Assembly: GCF_963921235.1 (NCBI RefSeq)
Contig: NC_086098.1
Location: 1,984,001-2,048,000 of the forward strand
From: Mobula hypostoma
Taxonomy: Eukaryota
Length of the DNA: 64,000 bases
Direction of reading: 5' to 3'
The notes below the pieces were generated by a model. The model did not search any database. It saw only the letters and a program-made list of their open reading frames with translations, and was not told the DNA's origin. Positions 24,420-38,309 of the stretch are shown here, one piece after another; the first letter of the stretch is position 1; each line of letters opens with the position of its first letter. The translations under genes and the position numbers were made by a program.

Positions 24420-24845
24420 TGCTCTGTGCTGGAGGTTCTAAACTTAGCGACTTCTATCATGGGTACTAGCCTCCCCAGCATTGAGGACATCTTCAAAAGG
24501 TGATGTCTCAAAAAGGCAGCATCTATCATGAAGGACCACCATCATCCAGGGCATGTCCTCTTCTCGATGGTACCATCAGGGAAGGAGGCACAGGAGTCTG
24601 AAGATACACACTCAGTGATTCAGGAACAGCTTCTTCCCCTCTGCCATTGGATTTCTGAATGGACAATGAACCCATGAACACTACTTCACTATTTTCCTCT
24701 CTCTTTTTGCACTACTTCTTTAATTTAATTTTCTTCTTTATATATATACTTATTGTAAAGTATAATTCTTATTATTATGTATTGCACTGTACTGCTGCTG
24801 CAAAACTACAAATTTCACAACATATGATATGAAACCTGATTCTGT
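24420..24845 (+). mobile_element. Rex1/Babar-like 3' fragment
   Basis: aaggcagcatctatcatgaaggac...aacagcttcttccc and aaacctgattctg tail; similar fragments at 16020-16385(-), 33430-33750(-), 44740-45215(+) and 51610-52220(+). Confidence 0.75.
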
Positions 24846-26064
24846 GTCTCAATTAGTATCAGACTAGGAAGTGGTCACACATCAAAGTGGGTGCATCTGA
24901 AATTAAGCAGGGCTTGACAAAATCTCGGCTTGTATTTCATTAGCATGCTCTAGCTGAAAGCGTTTGAGTTAGTGGACGTAGGGTTCTTCCACTGGAAAGA
25001 GAGTGGCCTGGCTTGGATGACGAGACCCCTGAATTATTCCACCCCAGAGATCCCCATGAGTGGCTGCAGTGTATGAATACAACAGGACAGTACCGAAAGC
25101 ATTGACTATGTGAAGAAGGATAAGGCAGTGAACTGTTTATTCTGATAAATAATTAATTATTATGAATAAAGTTTATTTTGTAAAAACAAATAGCTGTGAC
25201 ATTATCATGCTGCTTCGTGGGATGTTGCAGGATTAAAGTGAACACTTTATGTGCGAATAACAAAAAAAAACTCTTCTGACATGCTGGAGGAACTCAACAA
25301 GTCAGGCAGCATCTATGGAAATATATAAACAGCCAAAGGCCCTTCGTCAGGATTGGAATGGGAGGGATAAGGAGCCAGCATGTGAGGGTGGGGGGAGGCG
25401 AAGGAGGACAAGTTTGCAGGTGATAGGTGAGACCAGCTGAGGAGAAGCTGGGTCCTGATGAAGTGTCTTGTTCTCAAGTGTTGACTACCATAAATGCTGC
25501 CACATCTGTTGATTTCCTTCAGCAGTCTGTGTGCTTTGCTTTGACGGCATCTACAGAATCACTCGTGTTTACAGATGGCTGAGTTCTTCCAGCATTTTGA
25601 GTGTGTTGTTCAATATTTTCAGCATCTTCAGAATCTCTTGTGTTTATGACATATGTTTTGCAGCCTTCGGGTAACCACCAGTGAATTTAGCAATAACACG
25701 TAACCATTCATTTTATATGCACGTTACTGTTCAAATCCCAACGTTACAATTGAACTGATTCTGAAAGAGTAATGAAAGACAACAGTAGATCCCAAAGAGT
25801 CATCCTGGATATAATTAAGGTTTACAAATCTTTATAAGATTAACAACATGGACTAAAATAAAGCAGGCCTTGATGCTCTGTGACATTGGTTATTGTCCAC
25901 AGTTAGATAAACTTCTAATACTTACTTTATTTGATCTATAACCAATCTCCATAATAATGCTGATATGCACTTGGAGAAGCATTAGACCAATGCTTTTCGC
26001 TCATTAGTGCAGAATCACGGAACCTTGTGGCACAGAAGGAGGCAATTCCGCCCAACTTGTTAAA

Positions 26065-27130
26065 GCATAAGACAAAGGAGCAGAAAAGGCCATTCAGCCC
26101 CTCAAGTCTGCTGTGCCATTTCATCATGGCTGATTTACTATCCTTCTCAACCCCATTCTCATACCTTCTCCCTGTAATGTTTGCTGCCCGACTAATCAAG
26201 AACCTACCAACCTCTGCTTTAAATACACCCAATAACTTGCCTCCACAACTATCTATGTCAATGAATTCCATAGATTCACCATCTTTTAGCTAAAGAAATT
26301 CTTCTTCATCTCTGTTCTAAAGGGACACCCCTCTATTTTGAAGCTGTGTCTTCTAGACCCAAATGTCCCACTAAGGAGAGGAGCTTTAACAGAAGAATAC
26401 AAATATGAGGGATATAGATAGGGTAAATGCAGGCAGGCTTTTGCCACCGAGGTGGGTTGTAAGGTGTAAAGTTTAAGGGGATCATGACAGAAGCTTCTTC
26501 TCTCAGAGGCTTGTGAGAGTGTGGAACAAGCTGTCAGTGCAAGTAGTGCATGTGAGCTTGATTTCAACACTTAAGTAAAGTGTGGAGAAGTACATGGATG
26601 GTAGAGGGTTGGGGGGCTGTCCAGATCGATGGGACTGGGCAGCTTAAGTGGTTTTGCATGGATGAGATGGGTTCAAGAGCATGTTTCTGTGCTGTACTTT
26701 CATATTCTTCTATGACTCTGTGAGTCCATTTGAAACATTCTTTGCACATCAATTTTATTTAGGACTTTCAATATTCATTAGATTTCAACAAGATCTCCCC
26801 TCATTCGTCTACAGGCTCAGAGCCATCAAATGCTCCTCATACTTTAACCCTTTGGGTCCTGGGATCATTCTTACAAACCTCCTCCAGAGCGTCTCTCCAA
26901 AGACAGCATATCCTTTCTTAGAAAATGGGTCTAAAACTGCTCACAGTAGTCCAAGTGTGGTCTGACTTATGCCTTATAAAGTCTCAGCATTACATGCTTG
27001 TTTTTATATTCTAGTCCTCGCAAAAGGAATTCTAACGTTGAAATTGCCTTCCTTACCACTGACTCAACATGCATGATAGTCTTTAGAGAATCTTGTACCA
27101 GCACTCCCAAACCCCTCTGCTGCCCGGATT
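26065..27130 (-). mobile_element. Old CR1 3' fragment with an oppositely oriented CR1 fragment (~26375-26720,+) inside
   Basis: RHSFKIEGCPFRTEMKKNFFS on minus; plus-strand degraded ORF2 end and tail in the middle. Confidence 0.7.
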
Positions 27131-28076
27131 TCTAAATTGTTCATCCTGGCTCAAACTGGACTTCAGATTCATTCAGCTTCCCAGCTCTTGGTGTGGTCTC
27201 ATAGACTCCTAGCACTCTCTCATTGCTCATCCAGGTATTCTTTAAATATGAAGGGGGATTTCACTGAGGTAACTTCAAGCAAGGATTTCCAGAGTGCTAC
27301 CTCTTGATGAATAAAGTACCTTTTTCTCAAATCCCTTTAAATCATTTTACCAATTCACTTTATGCTCTGCATCCTTGCACTCATCTTCTTATATGGGAGA
27401 CAAGTTCTACTGTTTACTTTGCATCAGCCTCTTATTTTATACAGTACTTCTAAACTACTTTAAAATGTAGAATAGCGGAATTGGACAACTATTTCTGCAT
27501 GCAGCTTGATTGCGTGGTTTTGGTAACCTCTCTGTTGATGATCCAATGCCAAGTTGATTTAATATACCAGGGCAATTATCCAGAATAACCTCTTGTCCTC
27601 TATCTCTCCAAAGGGAAAAGCTCCAGTTCACTCAACCTGTTCTCATTAGACATGCTCTCTAATCCAGGCAGCATCCTGGTAACTCTGCTCTGCACCCTCT
27701 AGAGAGCTTTCAGATCCTTCCCATAATGAGGCAACCAAAACTGAACACAATACTACAAGTGTGGTTTAAGCAGTGTTATATACAGCTGAAACATTATCTT
27801 GTAGATTTCAATTCAATTTCTTGAGAGCATTGGATGAAAGGGCACAATAGACCAGTGCAATTCAGAGCCAGGGCCACAGATTGAAATAACTTTTTCAAAA
27901 CAGTCTTCCTTTTATAGAAAATTCCTGACTGTGTTGCCCAATGGCAACAGCAAGAAGAAAGTTGTGGGATCCTTGATGATGGTTGTTGTTTTCTTTGACA
28001 GTACTCCTTGTAAATGTGCTCAGTGGTAGGGAGGGTTTTGCCTGAGATGGACTGGACTGTCTCCAGCACTGTTTTG

Positions 28077-29824
28077 AATTGATTATGGGGAGCAAGGACA
28101 TGGCAGACCAATTGAATAATTACTTTGGTTCTATCTTCACTAAGGAGGACATAAATAATCTTCCAGAAATAGTAAGGGACAGAGGGTCCAGTGAGATGGA
28201 GGAACTGAGCGAAATACATGTTAGTAGGGAAGTGGTGTTAGGTAAATTGAAGGGATTGAAGGCAGATAAATCCCCAGGGCCAGATGGTCTGCATCCCAGA
28301 GTGCTTAAGGAAGTGGCCCAAGAAATAGTGGATGCATTAGTGATAATTTTTCAAAACTCGTTAGATTCTGGACTAGTTCCTGAGGATTGGCTAATGTAAC
28401 CCCACTTTTTAAAAAAGGAGGGAGAGAGAAACCAGGGAATTATAGACCGGTTAGCCTAACGTCGGTGGTGGGGAAACTGCTGGAGTCAGTTATCAAGGAT
28501 GTGATAACAGCACATTTGGAAAGCGGTGAAATGATCGGACAAAGTCAGCATGGATTTGTGAAAGGAAAATCATGTCTGACGAATCTGATAGAATTTTTTG
28601 AGGATGTAACTAGTAGAGTGGATAGGGGAGAACCAGTGGATGTGGTATATTTGGATTTTCAAAAGGCTTTTGACAAGGTCCCACATAGGAGATTAGTGTG
28701 CAAACTTAAAGCTCACGGTATTGGTGTGGGTGGAGAATTGGTTAGCAGACAGGAAGCAAAGAGTGGGAATAAACGGGACCTTTTCAGAATGGCAGGCGGT
28801 GACTAGTGGGGTACCGCAAGGCTCAGTGCTGGGACCCCAGTTGTTTACAATATATATTAATGACTTGGATGAGGGAATTAAATGCAGCATCTCCAAGTTT
28901 GCGGATGACACGAAGCTGGGTGGCAGTGTTAGCAGTGAGGAGGATGCTAAGAGGATGCAGGGTGACTTGGATAGGTTGGGTGAGTGGGCAAACTCATGGC
29001 AGATGCAATTTAATGTGGATAAATGTGAAGTTATCCACTTTGGTGGCAAAAATAGGAAAACAGATTATTATCTGAATGGTGGCCGATTAGGAAAAGGGGA
29101 GGTGCAACGAGACCTGGGTGTCATTATACACCAGTCATTGAAAGTGGGCATGCAGGTACAGAAGGCGGTGAAAAAGGCGAACGGTATGCTGGCATTTATA
29201 GCGAGAGGATTCGAGTACAGAAGCAGGGAGGTACTACTGCAGTTGTACAAGGCCTTGGTGAGACCACACCTGGAGTATTGTGTGCAGTTTTGGTCCCCTA
29301 ATCTGAGGAAAGACATCTTTGCCATAGAGGGAGTACAAAGAAGGTTCACCAGATTGATTCCTGGGATGGCAGGTCTTTCATATGAAGAAAGACTGGATGA
29401 ACTGGGCTTGTACTCGTTGGAATTTAGAAGATTGAGGGGGGATCTGATTGAAACGTATAAGATCCTAAAGGGATTGGACAGGCTAGATGCGGGAAGATTG
29501 TTCCCGATGTTGGGGAGGTCTAGAACGAGGGGTCACAGTTTGAGGATAGAGGGGAAGCCTTTTAGGACCGAGGTTAGGAAAAACTTCTTCACACAGAGAG
29601 TGGTGAATCTGTGGAATTCTCTGCCACAGCAAACTGTTGAGGCCAGTTCATTAGCTATGTTTAAAAGGAAGTTAGATATGGCCCTTGTGGCTACGGGGGT
29701 CAGGGGGTATGGAGGGAAGGCTGGGTTCTGAGTTGGATGATCAGCCATGATCATAATAAATGGCGGTGCAGGCTCGAAGGGCCGAATGGCCTACTCCTGC
29801 ACCTATTTTCTATGTTTCTATGTT
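28077..29824 (+). mobile_element. Young 5'-truncated CR1 LINE nested in a Rex1-like fragment
   Basis: ORFs 28079-28399, 28387-28806 and 28721-29731 join into a clean RT (two short deletions near 28390 and 28725); TTTCTATG tail; host Rex1-like sequence at 27960-28076 resumes ~29840. Confidence 0.95.
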
Positions 29825-32465
29825 TTACACTTAACCTCCTCTATGCATTGGTGTTTCCATACCAGGCTCTGATGCAACCACTATGCATCTATAGAACTCA
29901 GGCTTTTACATGTCAAAGTTTAAGGTGACATGCCAAATCTATGCAAACCCCTAAAAAAGTAGAGACACTGTTGTGCCTTCTTTGTGAAGGCATTTACATG
30001 CTGGTCCCAGGTCACATCCTCAGGGATGATAACACTAAGGAAGTGTCACTGATTGTTGATTCAAACCTGTCACTCAAGATGAGACGTTTCTTGATATCAT
30101 TGCAATAATTTCCCCATTCAGTCATGAGCTGATCCAATTCTTCCAGTCATCCACACTCCCCTGCCTATTCCCCATTCCCCTTGATGCTCTGGCTAACTAA
30201 GAACCTATCTATCTCTGCCTTAAATGCACCCAATGACTTGGCCTCCACAGCCGCTCATGGCAACAAATTCCACAGATTTATCACCCTCTGACTAAAGTAA
30301 TTTCTCTGCATCTCTGTTCTAAATAAAAATCTTTCAATCCTAGACTCTTGGCCTAGACTCCCCTACCAGGGGAAATATCTTTCCCATATCTAATCTGTTC
30401 AGGCCTAATCATTAGAAATGTTACTATGAGATCCTCCGTCATTCCTCTGAACTCCAGGGAATACAGCCCAAGAGCTGCCAGATGTTCCTCATATGGTAAC
30501 CCTTTCATTCCTGGAATCATTCTCATGAATCTTCTGTGAACCCTCTCCAATGTCAGTATATCCTTTCTAAAAAAGGAGTCCAAAGCTGCACACAATACTC
30601 CAAGTGTGGTCTCACGAATGCCTTATAGAGCCTCAACATCACATCACTACTCTTATATTCTACACCTCCAGAAATGAATGCCAACATTGCATTCGCCTTC
30701 TTCACATTCCACTCAACCTGGAGGTTAACCTTTAGGGTATCCTGCGCAAGGACTCCCAAGTCCCTTTGTGTCTCTGCATTTTGTATTCTCCCCCCATCTA
30801 AATAATAGTCCGCCCATTTATTGCTTCCACCAAAGTGCATGACCATACACTTTCCAACATTGTATTTCATTTGCCACTTCTTTGCCCATTCCCACTATCT
30901 AAGACTCTCTGCAAGCTTTCTGTTTCCTCAACACTACCCACTCCTCCACCTATCCTTGTATCATCGGCAAATTCAGCAACAAATCCATTAATACCGTAGT
31001 CCAAATCATTGACATACATTGTAATCAGCAGTGGTCCCAACACCGACCCCTGTGGAACTCCACTGGTAACCAGCAGCCAGCCAGAATAGGATCCCTTTAG
31101 TCCCACTCTCTGTTTTCTGCTGATCAGCCAATGCTCCACGCATGCTAGTAACTCCCCTGTAATTCCATGGGCTCTTATCTTGCTAAGCAGCCTCATGTGC
31201 GGCACCTTGTCAAAGGCCTTCTGAAAATCTAAGTATACCACATCTACTACATCTCCTTTGTCTACCCTGCTTGTAATTTCCTCAAAGGATTGCAGTAAGT
31301 TAGACAGGCAGGATTTTCATTTCAGGAAACCACGCAGGCTTTGGCCTCTCTTGTCATGTGCCTCCAGGAATTCCGTAATCTCATCCCTAACAATCGATTC
31401 CAACAATTTCCCAACCATTGATGTCAGACTAACAGGTCTATAGTTTCCTTTCTCCTGCCTCCCACTGTTCTTAAATAGCAGAATAAGATTTGCAATTTTC
31501 CAGTCATCCGGTAAAATGCCAGAATCTACTGATTCTTGCCTCCACCATCTCTCCAGTGACGTCCTTCAGAACCCAAGGGTGTCCATCAGGTTCAGGAGAT
31601 CTATCCACCCTCAGATCATTAAGCTTCCTGAGTACCTTCTCAGTTGGAATTTTCAGTGCACATACTTCACTCCCTGACACTCCTGCATGTCTGGTGTATT
31701 GCAGATGTCTTCTACTGTGAAGACAGATGCAAAGTTCGCATTCAGTTCTTCGGCCATCTCTGCATCTCTCATTACAATACCTCCTTCTACTACCCATGGT
31801 GGCGGGAGGATGGGGTGAGGGCCGAAGTGCAGGAAATGGAGGAGATGTGGGTGAAGGCATCATTGATGATGGCAGGAGGGAAAACACGATCCTTAAAGAA
31901 AGAGGACATTTGAGATGTCCTGGAATGGAAAGCCTCAACCTGGGAGCAGATGCGGCGGAGACGGAAGAATTGGGAATAGGGAATGGCATTTTTGCATGTG
32001 GCAGGGTGGGAAGAGGTATAGTTGAGGTAGTTATGAGAGTCAGTGGGCTTGTAGAAGCTTGCAGAAGCCTCTTTCTTTAAGGATCGTGGTTTCCCTTCTG
32101 CGGTCATCAATGATGCCCTCACCCGCATCTCCTCCAATTCCCACACTTCAGCCCTCACCCCATCCTCCCGCCACCACAACAGGGACAGAGTTCCCCTTGT
32201 CCTCACCTACCACCCCACCAGCCTCCGGATCCAGCACATCCTCCGCAACTTCCGCCACCTTCAACAGGACTCCACCACTAAGCACATCTTTCCGTCTCCA
32301 CCCTTCTCCACTCTCCACAGGGATCGGTCCCTCCGCGACTCCCTGATCCACACGTCCCTCCCCACAGATTTCCCACCCGGCACTTATCCCTGTAAGCCTA
32401 AGTGCTACACTTGTCCCTACACCTCCTGTCTTGCCACCATTCAGGGCCCCAAACAGTCCTTCCAG

Positions 32466-32792
32466 GTGAGGCAACACTTCACTTGTGAGTCTGTTGGGGT
32501 CATCTGTTGCATCCGGTGCTCCCGGTGCGGCCTCCTCTACATCGGTGAAACCCGACGCAGATTGGGGGACCGCTTCGTCGAGCACCTCCGCTCCGTCCAC
32601 CAAAACAGACAGGATCTCCCAGTAGCCACCCACTTCAACTCTGCTTCACATTCCCATTTGGATATGTCCATACATGGCCTCCTTTACTGCCATGATAGGG
32701 CTAAACTCAGGTGGGAGGAGCAACACCTCATATACCGTCTAGGTAGTCTCCAGCCCCTCGATATGAACATAGATTTCTCCAACTTCCGGTAA
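32466..32792 (+). CDS. GIY-YIG endonuclease domain of the PLE (partial ORF)
   Basis: GVICCIRCSRCGLLYIGETRRRLGDRFVEH...VATHFN..H...EEQHLIYRLGSLQP.DMN; first GIY tyrosine appears mutated to Cys. Confidence 0.85.
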   Translation: MRQHFTCESVGVICCIRCSRCGLLYIGETRRRLGDRFVEHLRSVHQNRQDLPVATHFNSASHSHLDMSIHGLLYCHDRAKLRWEEQHLIYRLGSLQPLDMNIDFSNFR

Positions 32793-33055
32793 TTCCCTCC
32801 CCCTCCCTTCCCCTATCCCTATGTCATTCTGCCCCCTCCCCCAGCTGCCTATCACCTCCCTCATGGTTCCGCCTCCTTCTACTACCCATTGTGTTTTCCC
32901 CTATTCTTTCTTCACCTTTCCTGCCTATCACCTCCCTGCTTCCCCTCCCCCACCCCTTTATCTTTCCCCTTACTGGTTTTTCACCTGGAACCTACCAGCC
33001 TTCTCCTTCCCACGCTCCCCCACCTTCTTTATAGGGCCTCTGCTCCTTCCCCCTA

Positions 33056-33093
33056 CAGTCCTGACGAAGGGTTCTGGCCCGAAACGTCGACCG
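33056..33093 (+). ncRNA. Minimal type I hammerhead ribozyme motif in a PLE terminal repeat
   Basis: CAGUC CUGACGA a GGG uucugg CCC GAAAC GUC GACCG; one stem I mismatch. Confidence 0.7.
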
Positions 33094-34159
33094 ATCTTTT
33101 CCACGGATGCTGTCCGACCTGCTGAGTTCCTCCAGCATGTTGTGAGTGTTGCTTTGACCCCAGCATCTGCAGATTATTTTGTGTTAACCATGTTTCTGTA
33201 ATGGCCACTAAATAATACCCCTTTATACTGATTTGTGGCACACGTTCACTGACCTTGTTACAAATACTACAGGCATTCAGATAAGTTGTCCTTACACTCA
33301 CTATGCTTTTAAAATCTAATAATCTTTGTCTTTTTTTCACATGACTTTTCTGCACTCCATCCTTACTTCTTTTTAACTTTTGCTTTTACTTTATCTTTAT
33401 CCACACTTTTCTCTTTTACTTTATTCATACTTTTCCAATCTGTATAACCCACCTCCCTGTACAATGAGCAAAAGACAACAAATTGAAAATGCAAAGAAAA
33501 TAACAATAAATAAATAAACAATGAATGTCAAGAACAAGAGTTGAAGGGTCCTTGGAAAGCAGTCCATACGTTGCGGGAACAGTTCAGTAATAGGTCCGAT
33601 AGTTGTAGGGTAACAACAGTTCATGAACCTGGTGGTGTGGGACCTAGGGCTCCTGTACTTCCTACTCAGTGGTAGTAGTGAGAAGGGATCATGGCCTGGA
33701 TGGTTGGAGTCCTTGATGATGGATGCTGCTTTCCTGCGACATTTTCCCATGTGCCTTAAAACTCACCCCATGTCAGTGGCCTGAAATTCACCATACACTG
33801 GTGACAATGCACTGCAGTCTATATCAAAGATTCTTCCCTTTGACTTCAATAAAGCTGAATATCAAATATTTATTGCCAAAGTACATCTATAGTATATGAT
33901 GTTGAGATTCATGTTCTTGTAGGCATTTACAGGAAAATAAAGAAATATAATGGAATTCATGAAAAACTATGCAGAAACAAAGACTGACAAACAACCTATG
34001 TGTAAAGGACAAATTGTGCTAATAAATAGCACATGAGAACATGTTGTGGGGGTAAGTCCACAGGTTGTGGAATCAGTTCAGTGTTGACATAAGTGAAGTT
34101 ACCCATGCTGCCTCAGAAGCCTGATGATGGAGGGCAATAACTATTACCTGGAGGTGGGG

Positions 34160-34560
34160 GGATATCACTGAAATCTACTGAATATTGAAAGGTCAAGATA
34201 GAGTGGATGTGGAGAGGATATTTCGTGTAGTCTCGGACCAGAGGACACAGCCTCAAAATAGAGGGACATATATTTGGAAAAGAGTTGTGGAGAAATCTGT
34301 TTGGCCAGATGGTGGTGAGTCTATGGAATTCATTGCCACGGAGAGCTGTGCAGGCCAAGTCATCAGCTCCAGAGCCGTCAAGTGCTCCACACACATTAAA
34401 GTGCAGATTGGTAGACTCTTGAATAGAAGGGCATCAAAGGTTATGGGCAGAATGCAGGAGAATGGGGTTGAGAGGAATAATAAATCAGCCATGGTGGAAT
34501 GGCAGAACAGACTTGAAAGGCCAAATGGTCTAATTCTGCTCCTATGTCTTATGATCTTAT
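34160..34560 (+). mobile_element. CR1 3' fragment, degraded
   Basis: 3' ORF2 remnant plus cctatgtcttatgatcttat tail. Confidence 0.75.
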
Positions 34561-35491
34561 TCTGTAGAAGCTGGAAGTCTTCTCTTTGACAGGAGTTCAA
34601 TAATAGCATCTCTCATTGCTCCCTCTCTGTGATCTCTACTGCCTTCCAACTCTTCGACCATGTGCTCGCCCAGACCCACTATCACAGCCATGTGCTACCT
34701 TCTAGTATGTCCTCCCTCCCGACCCCAACCTTCTTATTCTGGCTTCTTCACCCTTTCTTTCCAGCCCTGATGAAGAATCTTGTCCCAAAACACTGACTGT
34801 TTATTCCTCTCCATAGATGCTGCCTGACCTGCTGAGTTCCTCCAGCATTTTGTCTGTGTTTCTATCCATTCCTGTAAAATCATGGGCTCTTATCTTGGAA
34901 GAAGAAGCCAGAGGCAGCTCTAGATTTTTGGAAGCCTTTGCCTTGACTTTTAGTGGTGCTTCTGTTTCTATGAATTCTAAGACCAAACCTTAGCTCTATT
35001 TCACACCTCTGATGTTGAGCAACCCCACCTCACAGTGGGGACTCCATGAAGAGAGCACAAAGGTAACAAATTCACCACATCAGTCTCCCACCAGTTTGAA
35101 TATTCTAGCTGACAGCAGATTGATGATATGAGGCCATAAGACCATAAGACAAATGAGCAGAAGTCAGCCATTCAGCCCATCGAGTCTGCTCCGCCATTTT
35201 ATCATGAGCTGACCCGTTCTCCCATTTAGTCCCACTCCCCCGTCTTCTCACCATAACCTTTGATGCCCTGGCTACTCAGATACCTATCAATCTCTGCCTT
35301 AAATACACCCAATGACATGGCCTCCACTGCTGCCCGTGGCAACAAATTCCATAAATTCACCACCCTCTGGCTAAAAAAATTTCTTCACATCTCTGTTCTG
35401 AATGGGTGCCCTTCAATCGTTAAGTCATGCCCTCTCGTACTAGACTCCCCCATCATGGGAACATGCAAGCCACATTGCTAGTGAAGTGGTA

Positions 35492-35714
35492 AGAAACATA
35501 GAAACATAGAAACATAGAAAATAGGTGCAGGAGTAGGCCATTCGGCCCTTCGAGCCTGCACCGCCATTCAGTGTGATCATGGCTGATCATCCAACTCAGA
35601 ACCCTGTACCAGCCTTCCCTCCATACCCCCCTGATCCCTTTAGCCACAAGGGACATATCTAACTCCCTCTTAAATATAGCCAATGAACTGGCCTCAACTG
35701 TTTCCTGTGGCAGA
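35492..35714 (-). mobile_element. Short young CR1 3' end, same subfamily as 28077-29824
   Basis: Near-identical reverse complement of ~29620-29824; tail reads (AGAAACAT)3 on +. Confidence 0.9.
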
Positions 35715-37734
35715 GAAAGGGCATGAAACCCATGCACTTCTGGCAGGAGGATTACTTGCCAACACAATGGATAATAAAATGTGCCGAACCAGACCAATGA
35801 TCAGGCTTATGTGATTAAAAGTATCCTCCTTAGTAGATTGAACACTACTGACATCCTCCTTCTGGAAAAGTAAGCCTGAGCCAGCAGGGATGAGCTTGCA
35901 ATATTGGAGTCAGTTTGACCCTACCATCCAGACCATGCTTTCTTCTCATTACTACCATTGGGCAGGAGGGACAGATACAGATTCAGATCATGTGTACTTT
36001 GAAACATTCGGTAAGATATGTTGTTTGTGTTAACAACCTAAAATATGATCACTTGAGTCGAGTATGATGTTCTGCTAAGGATTTATTCCTTTAATGGAGA
36101 GACGGGGAGAAATGGGGAGATTGATGCACAGGCAGCACCACAAGGTCCGTGACAGATCAGGTTCCGGGTCCAGTGGCAAGGAATGCAAGACGACTGCAGA
36201 CCTCTCAGTGCTGCTGTGACAAGTCTTCATCTTCCACCAACCCCATGGTTTATGGATCGCTCTATGTCTGCAGTCTCCTCCTTGACCATGGGTGACCCTG
36301 CAAACAGCATTGCTCCTGGGATCTCAGTAACTCACAAGCCTCTCCACCATGACATAGTGGCGATCCACAGAGAAGAGGATGCTCTAGGGGCACCCCGTAA
36401 ATGTCGCCACACCGTCTGGCTCAAAGAGAACATGTCTACAGTGTTCAGCAGAACAACGCAGAACACAACAAGCAACAAAACAAGCCTCATTTTGCTAATG
36501 GGAGGGAACTCCCTCCTTCCCACCTTGCACATTCACAATCTTCTGACCCCAGAACAGGCCCCCTTCGGCTTTCAGCCTCCTGCAAACTCATAGGTTCATA
36601 GAGAAGCCCTAGGTTCCAGACCCTCAGCTTCAAAGTTTATTATCAAAGTTCATATATGTCACCATATACAAAGCTGAGATTCATTTTCTTGTGAGCATGC
36701 ACTGTAAATCCAAGAAACACAATAAAGACCGCACCCAACAGGATGGACATACAACCAATGCAAGGTTGTTGCTGCAACACCACTCAACCAGCTGACCTGT
36801 CTCCTTCCGGTTGCCTAACCGACACCATCTGAAATTTGGCCGAAAATAGTGGTGTCATTGGCAACTTTATAGATGGAATAAATAAAGATTCAGAGGAGAC
36901 ATAAGGAAGAATTCTTTTAGGAACCTGCAACGCACTCCCTGAGGGGAGCTGGGGGAAGGTACTCTCAAGAAGTATTTAGATTTGCATTTCAAGAGCTGTT
37001 GCAATGATGGCCACAAGTGTTGGTTATTCCAATTATATAGATGAGCACTTGATGGTCTACACAAATGTCAAGGAACAATGGGCACGTTTCCTCACTGTAG
37101 AGCTCTTTGGCTCTCGAAAATGAGAGACAAGCCATAGGTGCTTATTGAAAGAAGCGTTTTGAAGAACTCCTCAACTGATACACTGTCTTGACTCAATTAT
37201 CCCTGATGCTTTCTGAAAGATGCTATACGACTCAGTGTCACCATTACCCAGACTGACAAGAATTGTCCAAAGACGAATGTTTAGTAGGTTAATTGGTCAT
37301 TGTAAATTGGCCTGTGATTAGACCAGGGTTAAATCGGTGGGTTGCTCAGTCACTTAGATCACATTTCTTCCCCATTCTGATGCTTGGTCTGAAAAACAAC
37401 TGAATGTCTTGACCATGTCTGCATTGAGTTACTGCCACATGATTGGCTGATTAGAAATTTGCATTAATGAGCAGATGTACAGGGGTAACCAATAAAGTAG
37501 CCACTGTATATAGATTGATAAATAAATAAATACTGAAAACAGAAGTTGTAGCGTCCTTGAAGGAGTGTCTATAATCCATATTTACAGAACTTATAACCAC
37601 TGTTGATCACCGTGAATGGTTTCAGAAACTAGCATACTGATAATTGGTTATATTTATTTGGGTTCTTCAACAGTCAACGTTACTTTGATCACGTTTCTTT
37701 CCAATTCTGATTTTTGGTCTGAACTATTATAAAA

Positions 37735-37878
37735 GTAACATCAGTAACTCATATGCTTGTAATATCAGTAACTGGTACTCTAGTAATATCAGTAACCATT
37801 CTCTACTAACATTGGCACTTAATACCCTATAAATATAAATAACTCATACCCTAATAACATCAGTAATTGGTGCCCTAA
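37735..37878. repeat. Degenerate ~23-bp minisatellite
   Basis: Recurring gtaa(c/t)atcagtaac units. Confidence 0.65.
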
Positions 37879-38309
37879 CCTTTCCCTCCTACATAGCCCT
37901 TTATTTTTCTGTCATTCTTGTGTTGATCTAAGAGTTTTTTAAATGCCCCTAATGTATCTTCCTCTACCAGCACCCTGGCAGGGTGTTTCACACACCCAAC
38001 ATCTTCTGTTTTAAAAATAAGACCTCTGATATCCCCACTTTACTTCCCTTCAATCACTTTAAAATTACGTCCCCTGGGCTACACTCTTAAAAATGATATG
38101 TAATCACAAAGCAAGCAACTTTGGTATGAGATATGAGGCACAGGAGGCAGAGGAGCAGAATTCAGCTGTGAATCTGTTCTACTATTCCATCAAGGCGGAT
38201 TTGTTTTCCCTCTCAACCCCATTCTTCCAGCTTCTCCCCGGAACCTTTGACACCCTGACCAAATAAGAAACTATTAACCTCTGCTTTAAATATATCCAAT
38301 GGCTTTGTA

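Larger units (their letters stand above)
31787..33187 (+). mobile_element. Penelope-like element (Neptune type) with an inverted 5' segment
   Basis: 31793-32057 on minus: FYKPTDSHNYLNYTSSHP..CKNAIPYSQFFRLRRICS (RT thumb); 32068-33187 on plus: linker, GIY-YIG domain, 3' terminal repeat. Confidence 0.9.
30110..33450 (-). mobile_element. Degraded CR1 ORF2, interrupted by a PLE
   Basis: [27 protein letters not shown]; endonuclease start YLNACSICNK...VAITETW at 33187-33290. Confidence 0.9.
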
